From: an uncultured Bacteroidota bacterium
Lineage (GTDB): Bacteria > Bacteroidota > Bacteroidia > Bacteroidales > SZUA-534
NCBI GenBank assembly: GCA_946186925.1
Contig: CAMHPA010000008.1
Span: 6,028 to 70,027, forward strand
Length of the DNA: 64,000 nt
Direction: 5' to 3'
Shown here: positions 57,391 through 64,000 of the stretch, piece after piece
Layout: each line of letters opens with the position of its first letter
Numbering within the stretch: the stretch's first letter is position 1
Notes under the pieces: model-generated
Seen by the model: the letters and a program-made list of their open reading frames with translations, nothing else
What the model was told of the DNA's origin: nothing
Databases searched by the model: none
Position numbers and translations under genes: made by a program

Positions 57391-57424
57391 CAAAAAGGTC
57401 TTGAGTTTTCTCAAGGCCTTTTTT
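57391..57424 (+). terminator. Intrinsic terminator ending cassette 2
   Basis: AAAAAGGTCTTGAG-tttt-CTCAAGGCCTTTTTT; homologous to the 46059 terminator. Confidence 0.85.
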
Positions 57425-57475
57425 GTTGTTTGTGCGCATAGCCTAAAAACCTATTTTTGCCAAAAACTGAACAAA

Positions 57476-58138
57476 ATGGAAGTAAGCATAGAGCAATCGT
57501 GGAAAGAGCGCTTGCAGGGCGAGTTCGACAAGCCATACTTCAAGACGCTGACCGATTTTGTGCGCGATGAGTACCGCACTAATGTCGTTTATCCGCCAGG
57601 AAAACTGATTTTCAACGCTTTCAACCTTTGCCCGTTCGACGATGTGAAGGTTGTGATAATTGGTCAGGACCCATATCACGGTCCGGGGCAGGCTCACGGT
57701 TTGTGCTTCTCGGTGCAGGACGGAGTGGCTTATCCGCCGTCGTTGCGCAACATTTTCAAGGAGATACACGACGACATTGGCTCACCAATACCCGCATCGG
57801 GCGATTTGACGCGCTGGGCTAAGCAGGGAGTCCTGCTGCTCAACGCTACGCTTACCGTTCGGGCAAATTTGGCAGGCTCGCACCAAAAGCGCGGCTGGGA
57901 AACGTTCACCGACGCTGTCATCAGCGCTGTTGCCAAAGAACGGAAGAACATTGTTTACATTTTGTGGGGCTCGTACGCCCAGCAGAAAGCCGCAATGGTC
58001 GACCGCAGCAACAATCTGGTGCTCGAATCGGTTCACCCGTCGCCGCTGTCGGCTTCGCGCGGATTCTTCGGCAACCACCATTTCAGCCGCGCCAACCAGT
58101 ATCTGGCTGAGCACGGAATGACGCCGATAGAATGGTAG
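57476..58138 (+). CDS. ung: Uracil-DNA glycosylase family 1
   Basis: KVVIIGQDPYH, GVLLLNATLTVR, HPSPLS; start at ATG 57476 after a TATTTTTG -7 element (57452). Confidence 0.97.
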   Translation: MEVSIEQSWKERLQGEFDKPYFKTLTDFVRDEYRTNVVYPPGKLIFNAFNLCPFDDVKVVIIGQDPYHGPGQAHGLCFSVQDGVAYPPSLRNIFKEIHDDIGSPIPASGDLTRWAKQGVLLLNATLTVRANLAGSHQKRGWETFTDAVISAVAKERKNIVYILWGSYAQQKAAMVDRSNNLVLESVHPSPLSASRGFFGNHHFSRANQYLAEHGMTPIEW

Positions 58139-58142
58139 GAAG

Positions 58143-58190
58143 GATTGAAGGATTGAATGCGTGAAGGATTGAATGACAGAATGATTGAAT
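58143..58190 (+). repeat. Degenerate 8-bp tandem repeat (GATTGAAT) x6
   Basis: GATTGAAG GATTGAAT GCGTGAAG GATTGAAT GACAGAAT GATTGAAT. Confidence 0.75.
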
Positions 58191-58199
58191 CGTATAACC

Positions 58200-58227
58200 G
58201 TAGAGACGTGGCGCGCCGCGTCTCTAC
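58200..58227. repeat. GTAG-tagged REP-like palindrome
   Basis: GTAGAGACGTGGC-gc-GCCGCGTCTCTAC. Confidence 0.7.
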
Positions 58228-58244
58228 AACCAACACCAGAACCA

Positions 58245-59702
58245 ATGTTCATTACTATAAAAAACTACCGTCCGCGCATCGATGATGCGATTTTTCCAGA
58301 ACCAATCAATTGGGAGATTCGCGAGGGCGAAGTGTGGACCATTGTGGGTGACAACGCCAGCGGCAAGACAACGATGGCAAACATCTTGCGCGGAAAATTT
58401 TTTGCCGACGAGGGCGAGATTGTCTATCATTTTCTTGAGGCGATGCGCACGTCGGAATATCAGACGCTTTGGCCCGACAAATTTATTAAGACAGTGAATT
58501 TCAAATCGGCTTATTCGGCCGACGATTTCAAGCAGATGTACTATCAGCAGCGGTTCCACAGTACCGAGGTTGAGGAGTGCCCGTTTTTGTCGGAGATGTT
58601 CAAAACTGCGCAGATTGAGGAACTTAACGGCAATCCGCTGTTCCGTTCGCTGAACATTCAATCGCTGCTCAACCGCCGCATTATTCACCTTTCGAGCGGT
58701 GAGATGCGCCGAATGATTATCGCGAAAGCGCTGTTGGAAAAGCCGCGAATGCTGATTTTTGATAATCCGTTCAACGGTCTGGATATCAAGATGGTACCGC
58801 AAGTCGATGAGTTGCTGTCGGGGTTGCCGCAGACTGGCGTGCAGATAATGTTCATCAGCCCAACGGCCGACCGCATTCCGTCGTGCACAACGCATATTCT
58901 GCAGTTAAACGGTTGTCGGATAGCTTATTGCGGGCCAGTGTCGGAGTTTAAGCCGCAACCCGAAACGCAGCCATCGGTGCCAGCCATCGACTGGAGCCGC
59001 ATTCCGACCATCGAACCATCGCAGAGCGAAACGGTTGTTGAGATGCGCGACATCGAGATTTCTTACGGCAAACACATTGTGCAGCAGCATCTTAACTGGA
59101 CAATAAAGCGCGGCGAGAAATGGGCGCTGCAAGGGCTTAACGGCACGGGCAAATCGACGCTGCTGAGTTACATTTTTGCCGACAATCCGCAGGCCTACGC
59201 CAAGGATATTGCTCTGTTCGGGCGCCAGCGCGGCACGGGCGAGAGCATCTGGGACATCAAAAAACGCATCGGGTTCACGTCGTCCGAAATGCACCTTTAT
59301 TACCGCGAACCTGTTGATTGTATGAAGATTGTGGAGTCGGGATTTTTCGACAGCATCGGACTTTACCGCAAGTGCAGCCCCGAGCAGGAGCTGACGGCGC
59401 GTTATGTGATGCAGGTTGTCGGCATCAGCCATCTCGAAGGACGGTCGTTCCTGAAGATTTCATCGGCCGAGCAGCGGCTTGTGCTTTTTGCCCGCACGCT
59501 GGTGAAAAATCCTGAGGTTCTGATACTTGACGAGCCTTTCCACGGACTCGACAACCGAAATCTGCAGCGTTGCATTGGCATTGTCAACGATTTTTGCAGC
59601 CAGCCTGGCAAAACGCTTGTGTTTGTGACTCATAACGCGCACGAACTGCCCGCGTGCGTCAATCACACATTCGAACTGAAATATTTTGATAATCAACGAT
59701 AA
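58245..59702 (+). CDS. Dual-domain ABC ATPase, ModF-like
   Basis: Walker A GDNASGKT and GLNGTGKS; LSSGE/ISSAE signatures; LIFDNPF/LILDEPF; start moved to ATG 58245, downstream of the REP. Confidence 0.85.
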   Translation: MFITIKNYRPRIDDAIFPEPINWEIREGEVWTIVGDNASGKTTMANILRGKFFADEGEIVYHFLEAMRTSEYQTLWPDKFIKTVNFKSAYSADDFKQMYYQQRFHSTEVEECPFLSEMFKTAQIEELNGNPLFRSLNIQSLLNRRIIHLSSGEMRRMIIAKALLEKPRMLIFDNPFNGLDIKMVPQVDELLSGLPQTGVQIMFISPTADRIPSCTTHILQLNGCRIAYCGPVSEFKPQPETQPSVPAIDWSRIPTIEPSQSETVVEMRDIEISYGKHIVQQHLNWTIKRGEKWALQGLNGTGKSTLLSYIFADNPQAYAKDIALFGRQRGTGESIWDIKKRIGFTSSEMHLYYREPVDCMKIVESGFFDSIGLYRKCSPEQELTARYVMQVVGISHLEGRSFLKISSAEQRLVLFARTLVKNPEVLILDEPFHGLDNRNLQRCIGIVNDFCSQPGKTLVFVTHNAHELPACVNHTFELKYFDNQR

Positions 59703-60280
59703 TGGATTTTATAACAGATAGATACAAGGTTGTTTTAGCGTCGAAATCGCCGCGTCGGCAGGCGCTTCTGAAGGAGATTGTGCCCGAATTCTCGATTATG
59801 CTGCGCAACACCGCCGAAACCTATCCGCCCACGCTCAAAGGCGCGCAGATTGTGGAGCATCTGGCCAATCTGAAAGCATCGGCTTTCGATGGCGAACTGG
59901 CTGACAATCAGCTGCTCATCACCGCCGACACCATCGTCTGGATTGACGATATGGTGCTTGGCAAGCCAAAGGACAGGAGCGGAGCCATTGCTATGCTTCG
60001 GCAGCTTTCGGGGCGCAAGCACACGGTTTTCACGGGCGTCTGCCTAAAAACCAATCAGAAAAAAAGCGTGTTCAGCGTTGCCACCGACGTGTTTTTCCGT
60101 CCGCTCGACGATAGTGAGATAACTTATTATGTCGATACCTTCAAACCTTTCGACAAGGCTGGCTCGTACGGCATTCAGGAGTGGATTGGCTACGTGGGCG
60201 TTGAGCGTATCGAGGGCTCGTACTTCAATGTGATGGGGCTTCCCGTGCAGCGGCTCTATCAGGAGTTGAAAAAGTTTTAA
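59702..60280 (+). CDS. maf: Maf family nucleoside triphosphate pyrophosphatase
   Basis: VLASKSPRRQALL, ITADTIV, LGKP, DKAGSYGIQ, GSYFNVMGLP. Confidence 0.96.
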   Translation: MDFITDRYKVVLASKSPRRQALLKEIVPEFSIMLRNTAETYPPTLKGAQIVEHLANLKASAFDGELADNQLLITADTIVWIDDMVLGKPKDRSGAIAMLRQLSGRKHTVFTGVCLKTNQKKSVFSVATDVFFRPLDDSEITYYVDTFKPFDKAGSYGIQEWIGYVGVERIEGSYFNVMGLPVQRLYQELKKF

Positions 60281-60445
60281 GTTATAAGTTATGAAGTTTT
60301 AAGTTCAACTAGCTGTTCGCGAAATATTCTCAAAAAATTCGCGTTTGTTAGATTTATGTAGTTATTTTGCCGCGTCTTGTGTAGGTGCGCAATTCCGCAA
60401 CCGACGCTGGCGCATTTAATTGGATACTATCCGTTTTTGGAAAAT

Positions 60446-61819
60446 ATGAAGATTCGCATTTTATTGTTGATTGGCGTTGTTGCTGCAATTTTCTGCACGT
60501 GCGACCCCGACGGCGACTCGCGCGTTGTGGGCGACGTCTTCACCGACAGCAGAGCGGTGCTCGGTTACGTCGATTCGTTCTCGCTGAAATTGTCCACCAT
60601 CAGACTCGACAGTTTCCCTACAACAACTGGTATCGGTAGCAACATATTTGTAGGGTTTTGCCAAGATGCAAATGCGGGGAATGTGCTGCCGGAAACTTAT
60701 CTGCCCATACAATTTGCTGAAAAGACGAATATCCGTGAGGATGCTGAATATGATAGCCTCGTGATTTGTTTTCGTCCGTCTGGCGGATGGGTTGGCGACA
60801 CATTGTTGCCAAAAGAAATTAAGATTTACGAGGTGAAGGAGGAGATAAAGCCTCACTATTTGGCGGAACAGCAAAACATGTTCAACCATCAGAAACTTAA
60901 GCGCAGCGACAACGAACTTGCAACAGTCAGACTGGAGCCTAATCCTCATCGAGGGGTGGCGTCGTGGGCGCGTATGTCAGACAGTCTTGGACAGATTTGG
61001 TTCGATATGATTATCAATGGTGACGATGCAATGGACCGACACGACTATTTTGAGCAGTATTTTAATGGCATATGCATCGTGCCGCAAACCACAAGCTGCA
61101 CGTGGGGACTCGATTTCGTAACAACTAGCACGGCTTTTCCTGCGTCGAAATTCGTTGAGGATGCCACACAATTTGAAATCAGACTCTATTACCGTGAATC
61201 GGGCGATGACGAGGACGGCTCGTATATGTCGTTTGTGGTAAAAGATTCAAATCCATACAGATACGTTCATTTTGAAAACGATCGTTCGGGGACGCCATTT
61301 GAAAATCTTGATATCGATGGCGACCGAGTTTATTCTACAGAGAGCAACCACGTTTCGTACATACAGACGGGCAGTGGACTGGCTTTGCGGATTGATTTTC
61401 CGACACTATCGAGTTTGAACGCCGCTTCGGAATATATGAAAGTAATTGATGCACATCTGATTATTAAACCGAAGGAGTTTTCGTTCGATGAAAATAACAG
61501 GCTTCCGTCGATGCTTTATTTGGCTTTGACCGATGAATCGAATGATCTTTTATCGAATCTGACCGACTTGAGCGGGAGCTCTGTTCAATCGCCACTTTAC
61601 TATACATCCGATGGGCAGCAACCTTACTATGTGTTCTCGGTGCTTAGATTTGTGAGACGGTTTATAACACAAAAAATAGAAAACATCGACAATGTGATGG
61701 CGCTAATTGTTCTGCCTTCAGACATTGAAAACGCATCAATGTTCAAGCGGCTGGTGGTTGACGACAACTCACAGTATGCCGAGAATGTACAACTACAGAT
61801 TTATTATGTAACTTATTGA
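60446..61819 (+). CDS. DUF4270-like lipoprotein
   Basis: Lipoprotein signal ending FCTC; YVDSFSLKLSTIRLDSFPT, YDSLVI, YFNGICIVP, SYIQTGSGL, LQIYYVTY. Confidence 0.65.
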   Translation: MKIRILLLIGVVAAIFCTCDPDGDSRVVGDVFTDSRAVLGYVDSFSLKLSTIRLDSFPTTTGIGSNIFVGFCQDANAGNVLPETYLPIQFAEKTNIREDAEYDSLVICFRPSGGWVGDTLLPKEIKIYEVKEEIKPHYLAEQQNMFNHQKLKRSDNELATVRLEPNPHRGVASWARMSDSLGQIWFDMIINGDDAMDRHDYFEQYFNGICIVPQTTSCTWGLDFVTTSTAFPASKFVEDATQFEIRLYYRESGDDEDGSYMSFVVKDSNPYRYVHFENDRSGTPFENLDIDGDRVYSTESNHVSYIQTGSGLALRIDFPTLSSLNAASEYMKVIDAHLIIKPKEFSFDENNRLPSMLYLALTDESNDLLSNLTDLSGSSVQSPLYYTSDGQQPYYVFSVLRFVRRFITQKIENIDNVMALIVLPSDIENASMFKRLVVDDNSQYAENVQLQIYYVTY

Positions 61820-61821
61820 TT

Positions 61822-63072
61822 ATGTGTCGCTCAATTAGAATCATAGTGCTGTTGATGCTTGTGGCGGTTGGAGAAGCTGCGGCGCAAAACAACACCATAT
61901 CGCCTTATTCGAAATACGGAATCGGCCTTTATGAGCAACCTGGTTTCGGGCGTAATGTATCGATGGGTGGCACGGGTATCGCTTTGCGTTCGGCTAACAA
62001 CGTGAACAATATCAATCCGGCCTCGTATGCCTCAATCGATTCAACAATGGTATTGATGGATATCGGCTTGCATGTTGACTATGAACTTATTAAGTCGCAT
62101 TTGACATGGGGTGACAAACTCAACGGCAACATATCTTATTTTTCAATCACGATGGCCCCGAACCAAAATCTTGGCATATCGTTTGGCATATCGCCATACA
62201 CAAGTGTCGGTTACACAATTGAGTCGCGCGAGTATGTGTCGGGCGGAGGGCAGGAAATGTATATGTCGTATGTAGAGGGAATTGGCGGATTAACACGTGT
62301 ATATGCCGGATTTGGTGTCAATGTTTTAAAAAACACATCAATAGGCATGAATGCCACATTGCTTTTTGGTCCAAAAACTGAACGCCAGTCAATGGCCATA
62401 TCATCTGCCGACGAGTTTTCAATTTATATTGAGAATTCTGACTATTATGTCGGAGGCAAACTTGACTTTGGTATACAACAAAATTTTCAGCTATCTAAAA
62501 ATAAGAATCTTACAGCTGGTATGATTATCAGTACGCCAGGAATCTTGGAATGCGATCGCGTTGAATTGGCAACTAACACATTCTATCGGGTTGGCGTTAT
62601 CGACACAGTCTATTACGACGATGATGACGGCGACCGCCGTATCATACTTCCGGCGACCGCTGGCGTTGGATTGTCATATAGCACAGGACGGTTCACATTT
62701 GCTGGCGATTTTAATTACAATCCCTTGTCGAAACTGAAAGTATCCGATTTCCGGTCGAAACTGATGGATAGTAAGTCTTTCAGTTTGGGTGCCGAGTATA
62801 TTCCCGAACGCTTGGGCCGAAAATTCTATTTGGTTTTCCGTGCCGGAGCAGGATATGAATCAGGAACCACAAAAATCGACCGATATGTACTCAAATCGTA
62901 TAGGACGTCGCTGGGTGTGGAATTCCGCATACGCGCAATACGATTCAACACATATTGCATGTACAAACAACAGGGCACGCTCGATAATCTTCTCATACGC
63001 GACCATGTAATTCAGTTTGGTCTGAATGTGACCTTCATCGACTATTGGTTCCAGAAACGCCGTTTCTACTAA
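61822..63072 (+). CDS. Outer-membrane beta-barrel protein (FadL/OmpP1-like Bacteroidota family)
   Basis: [38 protein letters not shown]-terminal WFQKRRFY. Confidence 0.72.
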   Translation: MCRSIRIIVLLMLVAVGEAAAQNNTISPYSKYGIGLYEQPGFGRNVSMGGTGIALRSANNVNNINPASYASIDSTMVLMDIGLHVDYELIKSHLTWGDKLNGNISYFSITMAPNQNLGISFGISPYTSVGYTIESREYVSGGGQEMYMSYVEGIGGLTRVYAGFGVNVLKNTSIGMNATLLFGPKTERQSMAISSADEFSIYIENSDYYVGGKLDFGIQQNFQLSKNKNLTAGMIISTPGILECDRVELATNTFYRVGVIDTVYYDDDDGDRRIILPATAGVGLSYSTGRFTFAGDFNYNPLSKLKVSDFRSKLMDSKSFSLGAEYIPERLGRKFYLVFRAGAGYESGTTKIDRYVLKSYRTSLGVEFRIRAIRFNTYCMYKQQGTLDNLLIRDHVIQFGLNVTFIDYWFQKRRFY

Positions 63073-63674
63073 TGCTTGAGCTCAACTTCAGCGGATTGGC
63101 CAACGAGGCCGGCTGCGACGAAGCCGGGCGCGGATGCCTTGCCGGTCCCGTGTTTGCGGCCGCCGTCATTCTGCCGCCCGATTTCAGCAACGATAAGCTT
63201 AACGACTCCAAGCAACTGACTGAGAAGCAGCGCTATCAGCTGCGCGATGTCATTATGCGCGAGGCCGTGGCTTACGCCGTTGCAAAACTCGACGCCCCGC
63301 AAATCGACGAGATAAACATTCTGAACGCATCCATAAAATCGATGCATCTGGCCCTCGACCAGCTTGCTGTGCGGCCCGAGTTCATCATTGTCGATGGTAA
63401 TCGCTTCAAACCATACAATGATGTTAAGTATCAGACAATTGTGAAGGGCGATGGCAAATATCTGTCGATTGCGGCGGCCTCGGTGCTGGCCAAAACCTTC
63501 CGCGATGACTTTATGGTGCAGATTGACCGCGAATTTCCACAATATAACTGGGCCAAAAACAAGGGCTACCCCACTGCCGACCACCGCGCCGCCATTGCCC
63601 AATATGGCATTACGCCTTATCACCGCCGCTCATTCCGCTTGCTTGACACACAGTTGGAATTGCCGCTTTTCTGA
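63072..63674 (+). CDS. rnhB: Ribonuclease HII
   Basis: [61 protein letters not shown]; ATG overlaps the upstream TAA. Confidence 0.97.
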   Translation: MLELNFSGLANEAGCDEAGRGCLAGPVFAAAVILPPDFSNDKLNDSKQLTEKQRYQLRDVIMREAVAYAVAKLDAPQIDEINILNASIKSMHLALDQLAVRPEFIIVDGNRFKPYNDVKYQTIVKGDGKYLSIAAASVLAKTFRDDFMVQIDREFPQYNWAKNKGYPTADHRAAIAQYGITPYHRRSFRLLDTQLELPLF

Positions 63675-63735
63675 TAAGTGTAATAATGTGACACAAATTT
63701 AGGCCTCAGTACGTGCTTTTCGCTTAATAAAAGCC

Positions 63736-63743
63736 TATATTTG
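63736..63743 (+). promoter_or_regulatory. -7 element TATATTTG for the last gene
   Basis: Consensus TAnnTTTG upstream of ATG 63785. Confidence 0.55.
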
Positions 63744-63784
63744 CTGATATATTTTTTACACGGATAACTAACTAATAATTGAAG

Positions 63785-64000
63785 ATGAAACGCATTTTCA
63801 CTTTTCTATTCGCCACAATGTTTGCTGGGCAGGTGTGGGCACAAACAACTTTTTGGATTGATGACTTAGAATACACGGTTATCGATGAGGAAAACCATTA
63901 TGTTTCATTTAGTCAAGGTTCACCAGAACCTACAGGAGATTTTGTTATTCCAGAATCAATCGAAAAAGAAAGCGTAACATATACTGTAACTTCCATTGAT
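63785..64000 (+). CDS. 5' part of a secreted protein, probably BspA-type leucine-rich-repeat
   Basis: Not in the ORF track. Reads MKRIFTFLFATMFAGQVWAQTTFWIDDLEYTV...GDFVIPESIEKESVTYTVTSID, which resembles the cap preceding LRR_5 repeats; open to the window end. Confidence 0.7.
   Translation, partial: MKRIFTFLFATMFAGQVWAQTTFWIDDLEYTVIDEENHYVSFSQGSPEPTGDFVIPESIEKESVTYTVTSID

Noticed and set aside
34439-57424. susC/susD shufflon or invertible locus
   Set aside because: No recombinase gene, all cassette genes are co-oriented with their own starts, and I saw no long identical inverted repeats.
34439-57424. Duplication as an assembly artefact
   Set aside because: The copies differ extensively at synonymous sites and by indels.
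58750-58775. Walker B 'DN' in the first ABC domain as a sign of pseudogenisation
   Set aside because: The ORF is intact with a canonical second domain, and one degenerate site is common in dual-domain ABC ATPases.
57401-60445. Longer upstream starts in the ORF track (57401, 58185, 60377; also 4266, 7276, 12262, 21376, 24361, 51605, 63045)
   Set aside because: The extensions run through terminators, promoters, repeats or neighbouring genes; downstream ATGs give proper signal peptides or family N-termini.

Overview
Bacteroidota (Bacteroidales-type) chromosomal segment, judged from SusC/SusD pairs, a hybrid two-component system (HTCS), T9SS C-terminal domains and TAnnTTTG promoters. Left to right: (1) a minus-strand fibre/adhesin gene cut by the window edge and absent from the ORF track, with collagen repeats, four copies of KAARRSGFVVTGRS and YadA-head-like repeats; (2) a PASTA - T9SS cargo - rluD - U32/RlhA-like operon; (3) a START-domain gene; (4) three tandem T9SS-exported CotH-kinase/lamin-tail proteins; (5) a CPBP protease and nfeD; (6) a ~36 kb glycan-uptake region with a secreted esterase, a T9SS protein made only of two CBM-like modules, one divergent SusC/D pair, an HTCS and two tandem copies of a susC-susD-susC-susD-lipoprotein cassette resembling the xylan xusABCDE core, but with no recognisable glycoside hydrolase; (7) ung, a ModF-like ABC ATPase, maf, a DUF4270-like lipoprotein, an outer-membrane barrel, rnhB and the start of a probable BspA-like protein. 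The most interesting items are this hydrolase-free PUL, whose CBM4-like modules sit in non-catalytic proteins, a 5' cassette shared by unrelated susC genes, a hairpin repeat family in the 21-23 kb intergenic gaps, and the CotH triplet. I saw no rRNA, tRNA, CRISPR-cas or transposase. All family calls come from motif recognition by eye, not database searches.
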